Shown: positions 33,335 through 47,255, counted from the stretch's first letter. The stretch is 64,000 nt of DNA from the human T2T-CHM13v2.0 reference genome, Homo sapiens (GCF_009914755.1 NC_060926.1), one strand, 5' to 3'. Notes: generated by a model from the letters alone, not told the origin. Numbers and translations are program-made.

Positions 33335-34520
33335 TTCTGAGTCTCACTCTGTCATCCAGGCTGGAATGCAGTGGCACAAACATGGCTCACTGCAGCCTTG
33401 ACTTCCTTGGCTCAAGCAATCCTATTGAGTAGCCAGGACTACAGGTGCATGACACTATGCCCAGCTAATTTTTTTTTATTTTTTCAAGAGACAGGTCCTC
33501 ACCATATTCCCCAGGCTAGTCTCGAATTCCTGGCCACAAGAAATCCTCCACCTTGGACTCACAAAGTACTGGGATTACAGGCATGAGTCACCATGCCTGG
33601 CCTCCATTACATATATACATACACCACATTTTCTCTCTCTCTTCATCTGGCGATAGACATTTAGGTTGATTCCATATATTCTATTGTGAATAGTGCTGCA
33701 ACTGCAGATATCTTTTTGATATATTTATTTCTTTTTCCTTTAGGAAGATATTCAGTAGTGGAATTACTAGATCAAATGGTAGTTCTATTTTATTTTAGTT
33801 GTTTGAGAAATCTCCATACTATTTTCCATACAGGTTGTACTAATTTACATTCCCATCAATAATTTAACAGTTCATTTTATCCGCATCCTCATTAACATTT
33901 GCTATTTTTTGACTTTTTACTAATACTCATTCCAACTGAGGTAAGATGATATCTCATTGTGGTTTTGATTTGGGTTTTCCTGATGGTTAGTGATCATGAG
34001 TATTTTTTCATATACCTGTTGGCCTTTTGTAGTCCTCTTTTTGAAAAATGTCTATTCATGTTCTTTGCCCACTTTTTAATGAAATTGGTTTGTTGTTGTT
34101 GTTGAGTTCCTTGTATATTCTGGATATTGGTCTCCTGTTGGATGTGTACAAATATTTTCTCCCATTCAACAGGTAGTCTCTTCACTCTGTTATTTCTTTT
34201 TCTGTGCAAAAGCTTAAGTCCCAGTTGCTTATTTTTGTTTCTGTTGTCCATGCTTTTAAGGTCTTAGTCCTAAATTCTTGGCCTAGACCAGTGTCCAGAT
34301 GAGTTTTCTGTAGGTTTTCTTCTCCTAATTTTATAGTTTGGGGTTTTACATTTAAGTCTTTAATCCCTCTTGAGTTGATTTTTGTATATGGTGAGTTAGG
34401 AGTCCAGTTTCATTTTTCGGCTTGTGGCTATCTAATTTTCTCAGCACCATTTATTGAAGAGGGCATTCTTCCCCCAGTGTATGTTCTTCTTGGCTTTGTC
34501 GAAGATCAGTTGACTATAAA
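32765..34520 (-). mobile_element. LINE-1 3' fragment (L1MA2-like) interrupted by a microsatellite, a duplicated segment and an Alu
   Basis: ORFs MELKVIILSKTNQAQKDRCHMFS and EWEKIF...IKKWAKNMNRHFSK are the L1 ORF2 C-terminus; L1MA-type 3'UTR. Confidence 0.85.
33334..33602 (-). mobile_element. AluJ with adjacent (CA)n tract
   Basis: 'gctcactgcagccttgacttccttggctcaagcaatcc' reverse AluJ. Confidence 0.88.
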
Positions 34521-35039
34521 CATGACAAGGTATGCATTCTTAAATCTAAATTATCTTATATATACAGTCAATGAATATTTTAAATTTTTTTGAGATGTAG
34601 GCCTATTTAAGAATATAAAAAAGCTATAGTTCCCTCCCCAAGACTAAATATACGTATGTACGTTGACATGTAATTTCCAGGTATATGGACATACATCCTG
34701 CCACCCCTCCCATTATGAACCCCATGTTATTCATATAAATACCAGCCTTAAAAAGGCAGAAAATCTACAAAATTATGTTGAGAAATGGAAAGAAATATGA
34801 AAATTACAATAAAAAGTTTTCTGAAGGCCTCACCGCAGAAATAAATATTAAGAGGAAAATTCAGGGGCACTGAATTTGAGAGTAGTTGCATGTTCAAGCA
34901 TGGAATTTGCTGCACCACTACTTCAAACACCTACAAATCTTTCCTATTCACAGTGTTAAATTGCATAAGGTTTCTTCTCCCCTTGTTCCTTTCACCTTCT
35001 TCTGTAATCCTATACACCCCTCTTGTCTCCTTGATTCTT

Positions 35040-35780
35040 GGAATCCTCAAGTATTTAGTGCCTACTACACATCAGGCACTCTTCTGAGTGTTTGTGATAT
35101 ACCAGCAAAAGGAAAAAGGAAAAACAGAGGGACAGAAAATCACTGTCTTCCTGGAGTTTATATTTTAGTGGGAAGACAAATGATAAAAAGAAATCTACAA
35201 AAGAAAATACATATTATGTTAGAAAGTGATAAATGCTATGGGGAAAACATTGGGCAAATTGGGGCTAGAAGAATGACAGGTTGCAATTTAAAGAGGATGG
35301 TCCAGGATAGCCTCATTGAGAAGGGCATATTTAGGCAAAGATTTGAAGGCATTAACCCTGTGACTTTTGGAGAAAACACTGTTCTAGACAGAGGGCACAG
35401 CCAGTGTCTAAGTCCAAGGCAGGAGGGTGCTTGATGTGTTTCAGGCACAGTGTGGAGGGTGTGGAGCCACATGGAGTGAGTGAAGAGGTAGAACTAGGAG
35501 ATGCGATCGCAGAGGTAAGGGGTGGAGCAGAACATACAGGGTCAAGGTGGCCTTATAAGATCTTTGACGTTTACACTGAGAAAAATGGAAAATCAATGTA
35601 GATTTTGAGCAGAGTGGCATAATCTGACATAGGATTTAAATGAATCACTCTAGCTGCTGTATTAAGAAGACCGTAGCAAGCAAGGGTAGAAGTTACAAAA
35701 ACAGTTAGGAGGCTTTTTAATAATCTAGGTGAGGAAGAGTGATAGATTGTAAGTAGAACTGAGTAGTTGAATTCTGCATA
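35040..35780 (-). mobile_element. L2 LINE (L2a-like) 3' fragment
   Basis: 'caagtatttagtgcctactacacatcaggcact...ggagtttatattttagtgggaagaca...aatcactctagctgctgt'. Confidence 0.75.
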
Positions 35781-35799
35781 TATTTTGTCATAAAAGGTT

Positions 35800-37420
<1,621 letters not shown>

Positions 37421-37855
37421 TTGAAATTTTAAATGCAGACCCTATGAGATTTCCAGACATATTAGGTGCAGCCACGGAAGGAAAAGCCAAAGATGACCCT
37501 AGAGTTTATAATAGAGGTGATGATAAATCACGATGATCACAGCAAATAATTAAAATAATTATTTAGGAGGGGATACGGGTATAAAAACAAATTCAGCTCT
37601 AAAAGAGGAAAACCACTTGATACACCAAATATATTTTGTAATCCAGATATTTGGTATGAATTTTTCTACACCTCAAAGTTCAAATTTCAATGACCTGTAG
37701 AAGTTCCAGGCTTTTCATAATTCCCAAGGAGGTGGAGGAGGGATTAGATGCTGTGTATGACTCCCCTATCGACGGATGCCTAACTCTTCTCTTCCACTTC
37801 AGTCTGGATAAAAAACTCAGTCCCTTCACTGGTTTCAACAAGAAATCTACTCTCC

Positions 37856-38417
37856 TGTTATGCTAAAGCCCTGTTAACCTCAGTAGGGAAGGCACCAGGT
37901 TCAAGAGGCCTAAGAGACCCGCAGCCAGCAAAGGAGACGTGGGGCTTTATTAGAGGCTCAGGAAAGAGTCCAGTGGTGGCAGCCTGGACAGGAGAACCTC
38001 CTTACATACAGAAATGTTCCAGTGGCAATGAGCTAGACAAGATATCTGCCTTACTTACAGTCCGGTGGCAGCTGGCTGGACAACACAACTGCATGGCCCA
38101 GTGGTAGCGGCTGGTCAGGAAAATAGCAACCACTTGCAAACAGCATGCAGTTGATAGGGCATTTTCACTTAACACCCTCCACCTGATGACCTCCACTTGA
38201 CAACCTTCATTTGATCCAGAACTCAGGGCCTCAATCCCCTGTACAGCCTGTGTTCCACAGGATGGGCCAGGGCTCAGATGTTTATCATAAAGAACAAATG
38301 CCTGAGTTGGCCACTTCCGGATTCCCGAGCTCAGAAAACACATTCAGATATAACTATCCTGTAGGTTCATTCTAAGGGTATGCCTAAGTTACTGCTATCA
38401 GGTGGATTTACCCTACA
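37856..38417 (-). mobile_element. ERVL-class solo LTR (MER76/LTR47-like)
   Basis: TG...CA ends; minus strand starts 'tgtagggtaaatccacctgatagcagtaacttaggcatacccttagaatgaacc'; AATAAA on the minus strand near 37950. Confidence 0.7.
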
Positions 38418-38622
38418 TCCTCCCCACACTCCACCCCTCCTTACACATTTATCAGTTTTTCTTAACTCATTTTCATTCCCTCTTGTGATCTTCCTTCCCT
38501 TCCTATGAAATTGCTTCCTGTGAGTTCCAAATTCTTTCCCTTATTTTAGGCAGAATATGTATCTCCTACACTCAGCATTACATAGACAACCCCTTAAAGA
38601 GGTTATCAGAATGAAGGAGGCA

Positions 38623-38838
38623 GGCCAGACATGATGGCTCACAACTGTAATCCCAGCACTTTGAGAGGTTCAGGCAAGAGGATCACTAGAGGCCAGGAGT
38701 TTGAGACCAGCCTGGGCAACATAGTGAGACCCCCATTTCTACAAAAAAAAGAAAAATAAATGGAGTTATGATTGCACCACTGCATTCCAGCCTGGACCAC
38801 AAAGCAAGACCCTGTTTCTAAAAAGATAAATAAATAAA
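38623..38838 (+). mobile_element. AluJ with internal deletion of the right-arm 5' half
   Basis: Left monomer and A-linker joined directly to 'gagttatgattgcaccactgcattccagcctgg'. Confidence 0.85.
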
Positions 38839-38911
38839 TGAGGCATCAGGATCTTCCCTTTTTAGAGATTCAGCTTTATAAATATAACCTATTGGCACAG
38901 GTAAAATTTCC

Positions 38912-39278
38912 TAGGGATTTGCATGCGGGAGTTTACTAGAAGTGCTTTTGAAAGCTGTATCTGTGAAGGTGCAAGAAAAACAACACAGGGCAGAGGCAGA
39001 AGTGAAATGAGGTGTGGTTGAAACATTTGCCTTACCTAGTGCCACAGAGACCTTGCAAGGTTGAAATGCTCCTACAAAGATGTCCTTCATTACAGAATCA
39101 ATCACTGGATATAGGCTGCCCCAAAGAATTGGGGCATAGATTTGCGCAAGGCAGTTTCCTTCAGCTGAGAGCACAGAGTTGGACACAGCTGCTAGTTGTC
39201 AGAGCCAATACCCCAGGCATCTGGAGTGTGCCCTGATCATGAAGGGGATCTGGGAGGTATTCAAATGTATCCACTACA
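38912..39278 (-). mobile_element. ERVL LTR16-like LTR
   Basis: Minus strand begins 'tgtagtggatac...cctcccagatccccttcatg', LTR16-type; also 'ggcagtttccttcagctgag'. Confidence 0.6.
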
Positions 39279-39760
39279 ATCCAGCCTGTGCCACTCCACT
39301 CCACTAGCCTCATATAGTATGTTCCCCCCACAAGGGAACAACACTTCCAAAATTGTAATTTGTCTCCTACTTACAATTCTGGAAAAGTTTTAAGAGGAAG
39401 TTTAGTGGGACAAGCTACAATGTCAGCCCTTCTCCCGTCCCCCTCCTTCCTCCCAACCCCTTGCCATTATCCTACCCCCACCTCTACCCCTCCAGCTATT
39501 CTCTAGATTGCACCTGATGTTTCTAGTCTCTCTCATCTACTTACCCCATCTACTAGATTCCTCTCACCCTTAACTATCTTTTCTGTTCATCTTGGTTACT
39601 TACCTGGTGGGATGACCCAGACCCTTCTCCCTGAGGGGGTCTGGGCCCCTAGTTGCTGTGCCTTTCTCAGGATTAAGTTCTGCATGTGTCCATTTACCAC
39701 CAAAATTGGTCAGGAGAATACCAAGAGCCCTCCTCCTTCTCTCCCAACAGATCACCTGAG
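39279..39760 (-). mobile_element. ERVL (HERV16/ERV3-16A3-like) internal fragment abutting the LTR
   Basis: 'gacccagacccttctccctgagggggtctgggcccctagt...gtccatttaccaccaaaattgg' resembles old ERVL internal sequence. Confidence 0.45.
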
Positions 39761-40419
39761 TACCTTCATCTTCAGTCCTCCCCCTACCATGAATTCCATT
39801 TGCCTGTTAAATATTCTCCTCCTGCTCCACTTGGAAAGATCGCATTAGTAACGATTATGAGAAAGTATTTCTCATAATCTAAAAGGATTTCCATTTACTG
39901 CCTTTATGTTATTACTTCAACCTGGAATTTCCCTCCTATTCCATCATCCCGAATCCTCCATAAAATATTTTTATGATCCAACTCAAATCTTTCAGGAAGT
40001 GAGACATTAATAAATTGAGTCTCCATGAAGAAACTCCTGTCAAAAATAGATCTTCCCTCCTCTGAACACCCTGCAATCTTTAATGTTAGAGCTAACATCT
40101 TACTATCTTTATATCGCTGCACAAAGCACACAGCAGGTGCATAAAGTTGGATGAATAAATGTCTTAGCACCTTACGCTTGGGACACACAGCCTTGTATTA
40201 TATTTTGGAGTCATTTATCTGTCCTGTAAGTTAAAAATCTCCTTGAAGTCAGAGACCAGGTCACAATTTTGATTTTTATCACATCTCGCAAAATGTCTTT
40301 ACATCAAGTTAGAACCAGTTAACGTGTTAAAAGAATTACTGTTAACCCAGGACACATGAGAAGAGAAGCTGACTCATGCTGTTATTACAGGAATAGATTC
40401 CATCTATCCTATAGGGTTT

Positions 40420-40680
40420 TCTGCAGGTGCAGTGGCCATTTAGAAGTGTCCTGAATCGAGGCTTGGGGGACAAACTTTTGTTCTCTGCATTGCCTAGGCA
40501 TTGGATGTCCTCTGTGTGCCAGGGAGAGCAGATAGCCTTGGGTGAGACAGCTTCCTTCACCTAAGGGCAAGTCCTCAAATAGGACACAGCTGTGAGCCCT
40601 CAGCATCCCAAATTCCAGTCAACTAGGATAGTGACTACCTTGATTCTAAAAGGCGATCTGGGTGGCACACAACAGCATTA
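40420..40680 (-). mobile_element. Second LTR16-like fragment
   Basis: 'ccttgggtgagacagcttccttcacctaagggcaa...acagctgtgagcc...gatctgggtggcacacaacagcat' parallels 39140-39270. Confidence 0.55.
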
Positions 40681-41361
40681 AATATAGCATCCCTGAGTGG
40701 GGAAAACACAGACACTGGTCACGTTTCATGAAAAATCCTCTTCTTGAGGCATGGGGGGAAAGAACATGGAATTTACCTGTAGCACCCAAGCCTCAACCTC
40801 CTCCTCTGAGCCCACATAAGTCCCTTTTCTCTTTGGGGATTTGGACTAGCCCTTGAGGTATTGATTTCTGGCTCTGCTCTATCACTTGGATACTGGGAAG
40901 ATTTCTCCTCCTTACCTGCACAGTGCTTGTCCTCATACTAGTACTGTCACTGCGTCAGCCTAATCAGGAGGCATCTCCTTACATTAGTAAGATATCCCAT
41001 GATATGTGAATTGCTGAGGGCTATGCAATTGTTCCTAAGGATCATAGCAGTAGAAAATATGGGGCCTGAAAAAATACATTTCTTTTCAGTATATTCTACC
41101 ATCTTCTACTCTCAGAATAAAGGCTTACTTCTGGGTTAATGACACCTACATACAGGGAAGGTGCGTCAGGCTCTGTTCTTCTTAGCTCCTAACTGCATGA
41201 TCTCTGCCTCCTACAAAAAGGATCCAGAATATCTATGGGGCATTTTTTTTGCAAGGATGACCTATCTACTTGGTTCCTCCTTGTTTTTTACTTCAATTTC
41301 CAGATAGCTATGGAAAGTCTCCCAGAGCAAGTATCATTTCCTAGAAAATACTGATATTTTC

Positions 41362-41398
41362 TTTTTTTTTTTTTTATTATACTTTAAGTTTTAGGGTA
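41362..41398 (-). mobile_element. Extremely 5'-truncated young L1PA (23 nt plus tail)
   Basis: T-run followed by 'attatactttaagttttagggta', the reverse complement of the terminal bases of young L1PA. Confidence 0.8.
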
Positions 41399-42659
41399 TT
41401 TCTATAACCAAATTTGAAGAGGGGAAGGGAAGACACTTTCATTTCATCTGGCAACTCTATACACTTTCCTGAATGTGCACCACACAAATGGGAACCACCT
41501 AAATGTGATTTGTACTTGGACGGTCACAGGTATTCTCTCTGCAGTCAGATCTCATAAACTAAAAGTAAATTAATGAACCTGGTCTCTCCCTAGGACTTCC
41601 CACTTTTTCTGGATTTTGGGCCAGAGCAGAGGTTAGAGAAAATTTCCTGGGACCCTACTTGCAGGGAAGTTAATTGACTGGGAAGGCTGTTAAACCAGCA
41701 TCATCATCATCATCTTCAATTTTCAAGTCTCAACTGAAACCTTCAGTTCAACTCTGCCATTTGGTTTGGTTGCGTAAAGACATCGGTCATCCTTTTCTCT
41801 TCTCTTCTTGTGTAAAGATTTGCTAACAAGGATAATTTAGATCTCCCATGAGTTTTAAAGCTTCTCTTATAATGCCTTACTGTATATTGCTCTTGTAATA
41901 ACATGCTTCAGCTGAACCTGATTTTCCAAACTGTTCAATAGCACCTTGTCATATGGCTTATTGCAAAATACTCTAGTATCAACACACATCCAGGGAGCTT
42001 TTCTCCTTCCTGTTGGTACATGGTGGGCAAGTGGATTCACGAGTTCCAGCAACTCGTCACAGTATCAAGTATGCTTTTTGATGCTGTCAAGGATTTCGTC
42101 AATGAGGTGAAGCCCTGGCAGGACTGAGATCATGTGTACCTCCTAATGCCAGGCCCTGTAAACTTTCTTTTCATCTCCTTCACGCTCCTGCTTCAGAAAC
42201 ATACCACTACTGCAACACAGGATGCTCTCTTCAAACTCAAAATCCTTCTGTCTGTTCCCTGAACTGGACTTTCTGAAAGTGTGTTTAGCTAATGGTCAAC
42301 AGGTAGTTCTCCTGAGGCTGCAATGCTTAACCTGATAACCGATTCAATAGATCAGGATCTGATCTATTGACAGTCCCCAGGATCAAAGGGACTCTCAACA
42401 AATGCATCAAGGTAGCAATATATGATCAGGCAAAGCACGCTTCTTCCAAAATGAATGTTGTATTTTAGAGTATGCTGAGGTAAACTTCTAAAAAAGACCC
42501 TCACCTGCAACTTGGGGTTTTTGGGGGTCGTTTAATGGTATGATACCTCGTTTAGCTTAAAATATTCAATGTTGAACAGCGTGTCCATATGTAAAAATGA
42601 AAGGCACAGTTGATCTCAGAGTAGATCTCTACCTTGGGCTCCCTATGAGTCTGTTATAA

Positions 42660-43852
42660 AATTATTCTCTAAGATTTTTAGAAAGATAATATTTAACATT
42701 GAGAGTCTTTGAGGCACATCCTGGAAATCCACAGAAGGCCTTTTGAAAGAGTTTATGAGATATTACCTTAAATCCTTCTAATGTCTTAAGAAAAGGTTTT
42801 ACAGCCACACACTTGAATTCATATTTATCATGTTTTCTGACAGCATTCTGGATTTGATCTTTGCCCCAGAGTTCTTTCTTGTTTTTGAGGGTTGTCTTCT
42901 GGGAGAGACTAGAGATGAAAAATAGTTTTATTTCTGAACTCAGTAAATTTTGTCCCACTTATATTTGTTTTCATTCTGCTCAAAAAAAATGAGTAATTTC
43001 TTCCTTAGCTTATATCCCTTTGCCTTCATTTTATGATATTCAGCTTAAATAAATAACTTGTCATTTTCAACACTTAGCCTAGAAATATACTTAGCCAGAT
43101 CAATTAATTCATTAGGTACATTTCTATTTTTACAGGTGACAGATTTCCTAAACTTTCCACCACTACATATCCAAGGGCTCCTATCTTCCAGGCTCAAATA
43201 ACATTTCACTCGCTCTTCTTTAAGCCTTCACTGATACCCTCTTTGAGGCTCACTGGTCCTAGAAACACTTTATTTCCGAGAAATAATAATCTGTTACTCT
43301 TGCTACATAGTAAATCTACCCAAAACCTAGTTGTGTAACACAACATTTATTTTGTCTTGCTCATGATTTTGTTTAACAAATTTTGGGAAGGCCTCTGCTG
43401 GGCAGATCCTACCTCAAGCCTCTCTTGCAGTTTTAGTCAAATGTTGGTTAGGGCTATAATCATCTGATTGGGCTGGACATCTAAAGCTCGCTCTCATGGC
43501 CAGCAGTTGACATTAGCTGCCAACCAGAGTGCCCACAGGCAGCCTCTATGTATAGCTTAGCTTCCTCATATCATGGCAGCTTCTGGTAGGTGGACTTCTT
43601 AAATGGCAACTCAGAACCCCATATGTGAGCATTCTCATGAAAAAGGTGGAAGTCGTATCACCTTCTATGATCTAGCTTTAGAAATTATATAGCATCAGTT
43701 GTCCCAAATTCTATTAGTTAAACATGCTCAGATTTAAGGTGAGGGAATTCTGTGAGTTAAACACCTCAGATTTAAAGTTAGGAAATGCGTATTCACTTCT
43801 CAATTTCAGAAATGTCTAAAAATTTTGCAGCCACTTTTAAAAGCCCACCACA
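42660..43852 (-). mobile_element. MaLR internal fragment (~42660-43290) plus MLT1H/J-like LTR (~43290-43852)
   Basis: 'ttttcaacacttagcctagaaat...aattcattaggtacatttct' (MLT1-int-like), then 'cccaaaacctagttgtgtaacacaac...gggctataatcatctga...ttttgcagccacttttaaaagcccaccaca'. Confidence 0.6.
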
Positions 43853-44200
43853 TGGTGCCTTGCTGTTAGGCTTTCTCGTGTATTACCAGCCATGTGATGG
43901 TACCAAACAGATAAGGGATGTTGTATAAGCATTTGTCGAAGTCATGAATTTTGGTAGGGAAATAAAAGGAATTCTGTGAGTGACAGTAAAACTAATAAGG
44001 CACCATGTGAGGTCTCTTTCTCTTGGTTCTTCAAGAAGAGAAGAGACGCTACTTTTGCCTCTGTTGCATGATGTAATCACCTGTCTGTCTAAAGGTAAAG
44101 GACTGACTAGTGTTCTTCTCTTGTTTTTTTTTATTTTTTATTTTTTTTATTTTTTTATTTTTTGACCATTCTAGGCCTAAGAGACAGACTCCTAGATTGC

Positions 44201-44569
44201 TGTATTAGTCTGTATCATACTGCTATAAAGAAAGACCTGAGACTGGGTAATTTATAAACAAGAGAGGTTTAATTGACTCACAGTTCTGCATGGCTGAGGA
44301 AGCCCCAGGAAATTTACAATCATGGTGGAGGGCAAAGGGGAAGCAAGGCACATCTTACATGGTGGTAGGAGAGAGAAAGAGAGCATGGGGGATGGGAGAG
44401 TGCCACACTTTAAAACCATCAGCCCTAGTGAGAACTCATTATCACGAGAACAGCAAGGGAGAAATCTGCCCGCATGATCCAATCATCTTCCACCAGGCTC
44501 CTCCTACAACACGTGGGGATTAAAATTCAAGATGAGATTTGGGTGAGGACACAGAGCCAAACCATATAA
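44201..44569 (-). mobile_element. THE1D-like MaLR solo LTR
   Basis: 'tgtattagtc...gctataaagaaagacctgagactgggtaatttata...gagatttgggtgaggacacagagccaaaccatat'; perfect 5-bp TSD attgc at 44196-44200 and 44570-44574. Confidence 0.9.
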
Positions 44570-45469
44570 ATTGCCAAATCTTTTATTTGAATTTTCAAAA
44601 AGGAGTCAGATTTCCATACTCCAAGAAGATGTGGAGTTATGATAATCTGGTAGCAACCTTGAGTAACATAAGGCAAACAAGTGATCTTGAAGAAGTAGGG
44701 ATGCTCTTCAAGTCCTCCGTTCCAGGGAGTAACTTTGGCCACACAGCTATATAACTGAACGTCTTTCTCTGTTCTAAGTTAGTCTCAGTATCATAAAGGG
44801 TCTTAATTTTCTTCTGTTACTGGATACAGGGAAATTATTCATGTGGAGGAGAGGAGCTCCAGGAATATTATATGCCAAGACCGAATACCTAGACTCCAAA
44901 TTAGGATGAGTTTCAGTAAATGCACTTTTTATACATCATAAAAAGTTATAAACAGAACAAAAGCCTTAAAAAGTTTGGTTATTGTCCCTTAACACTCCCA
45001 TGCAACAAGTTATTACTTTCATAAATGGAAATATCTAGTGAGAAATGGCATCTTGTTCGAAGCTTTTGAAACAAAACAATTTCTGTGATGCATGTCTAGC
45101 GATGCCAAGAAGTCCATCTGCCAGCCAGAATTTCATCCTTTAAAAACCTTGTTATGGCAGCACAAAAGAACACAATAAGATTTGTTTAGAGTGTCAGTTT
45201 TCCATCTCTGGGCTAAAGGGATTAGGTCTAAATTGCACATCATTAGGTAAGACTGTGCATGAAAATGTTTGCTTCTTTTGTCCGTAAAATTACTTGCTGT
45301 TATTTTAGAAATAGCCAAAAAATATTAATTGGACTAAATAAACCCATTAATAGCATCATAAGCAGTAGATTTATCAGTCATTCTCGTTTATGTTGTTATT
45401 TGACACACAAAAGTAGTGGGAAGTTTCAAGTACAAATGTTTATTGGACATGGCAAGAGGTTGAGGAGAG

Positions 45470-45620
45470 GCCATATAGTGTGGTAGTTAAAAGCATATAT
45501 TTTAGAGTTAGTCTGGGTTTTAGAGTTAGATTGGGTTTTAGCCCTTCTGGTAAATAACTGTAACTTCAGGAATATAACTTCTCTGTGGCTCATTTTCCTC
45601 ACTTGTAACATTGAATATCA
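45470..45620 (+). mobile_element. MIR fragment
   Basis: 'atagtgtggtagttaaaagcat...taacttctctgtggctcattttcctcacttgtaa'. Confidence 0.6.
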
Positions 45621-45688
45621 GTGCTTAGTAGAGAGTAGATGCACAGTTAACAATTTGGGTAAGAATGAGCACACAATTTCAATATGTT

Positions 45689-45699
45689 GTGTGTGTGGG

Positions 45700-45726
<27 letters not shown>
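45689..45726. repeat. (TG)n microsatellite
   Basis: Near-perfect GT dinucleotide run. Confidence 0.95.
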
Positions 45727-45734
<8 letters not shown>

Positions 45735-46844
45735 AAGAATGAGAATATTTTTGGAGGAGTACATACATAGAGTATATTATTGAAGACAATAGGGATATGA
45801 TGGTCAGTTTTTAGTATACTGATGATGAGATTTTGAATTTCGAAGATGTTGGAACCGAACAAGAATAAAATGTCAAGGGGCTTATGATGATATACATCAC
45901 TTTGAGAGAGCCACTTGACTCTTGTACCTAGTACAAAGCAGAAAGCCCAAAGCATTTCTCATGTCTCAGCAAGGCTCAGCCGTCTACTAGATGAAAAAGT
46001 TGGAAAGCCACCAGGCCATTACTTGTCATAGTAATCAACTTAAAGGTATTTTCATTTTATTATGGGTGGGAAGTTCAGTATGATATACAAATAAAAGGCA
46101 ACTTTCCTGAGAAAGAAGACTGGCGAAGGAGTGGAGGAAAGATTTAGAGGTTGCCTAGCCCTTTCTTCCTTTTTGAAATGAACTGGTAAGGTCATCCTTG
46201 CTCTTAATTCTTGTATGTTAGGCAATTTGGAAGAAAAACATCTGCAATATAATGCTGTAATCTTGCCATTATCAATTAGGATAATCATTTCCATTGCTAA
46301 GGCTTATTTCTATAATGATCTTGTTCAAAAAAATAAGATTTAGACATGTATGTAAAGAAATCGAGTATAGAGGGCAAATTTCTAGATTTTAAAAAATGCT
46401 TTCACCAAAAATAGGTTTTTATTTCCTTTAAATGCTGTCCTATTCAAAAACAATGCTTTTAACACCCTTCACACAACCTTTTAAAATATTACTTATGAAT
46501 CTATGCACCTTGATAAAATGTTTCCTGTTTTTCATTCCCCAAGGCTAAGGTGACATAATTATTAGCTTTCGATAGGGTTAAACAATAACTACCCATGCTT
46601 AGTTTTGTGAAAGTACAGAAAACAAATATACCTTGAAGCCCTGTAACAGTTGAAAAAGTTCCCATACTTTGGCTCTTTCTTTTCTTTTTCCTAGAAGAGC
46701 ACAGAAGAATTGGAAGAAAAAGAACAATACTTTTAAATAAATGTTTTATCCGCTTCTAGTGCTGAATATATCCTTTCTATCCCTAAATTTTAACCATGTA
46801 ATATTTTTTAATGGGGACTATTTTTAATCCTCTGTAGTAGCAGT

Positions 46845-47255
46845 TACAATATACCAGGTAATATTCTAGATGTAGGGAGTACACCAGTAAATAGGACAGA
46901 TCAAAACCCCCGCTATCTGGAGCTTACAGTCTACTGGGGGAGACAGAAAATGAACAATATAAGTAAGTATAGAATGCGTCAATAAGCATAGAATGAAAGA
47001 AAAAATAAGGTAGGAAGAGAATGCGGAGTGTCAGTGGGGTGGGCAGGGGCTGCAGTTTTAGAGAAGGTGGTTAGGGAAGGGCTTTTGAGAAGATGACAGT
47101 TAAGGGAAGATGTGAGGGAAATGAAGGAGGATGCTTTGTTTTAAAGAACAGTTGGTGGACCGAGTGCAGTCAGCCAGGGGAGAGTATGAGAAATGAAAAG
47201 TAAGAGGAGGTCAGCTTGGTAGTCTACTGTGACGACTTTGGCTTCTATGCCATTA
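46845..47255 (-). mobile_element. L2 fragment
   Basis: 'ctggagcttacagtctactgggggagacaga...ggtggttagggaagggcttttgagaagatgaca'. Confidence 0.65.

Noticed and set aside
34886-35434. 182-aa ORF
   Set aside because: Mostly overlaps an L2 fragment, has a non-ATG start and no recognisable domain
37968-38122. Repeat-spacer pattern resembling a CRISPR array
   Set aside because: Primate DNA, degenerate units, irregular spacing, inside an LTR, no cas genes
41867-42200. Resemblance of the frames to tubulin (G..LID.ILD.IKK....CD.L), RTE-clade reverse transcriptase, macro domain or the sulfotransferase GxxGDW motif
   Set aside because: Each is a by-eye partial match lacking the invariant residues (no GGGTGSG, D..KAFD or GDWK); left as an unidentified coding-like segment
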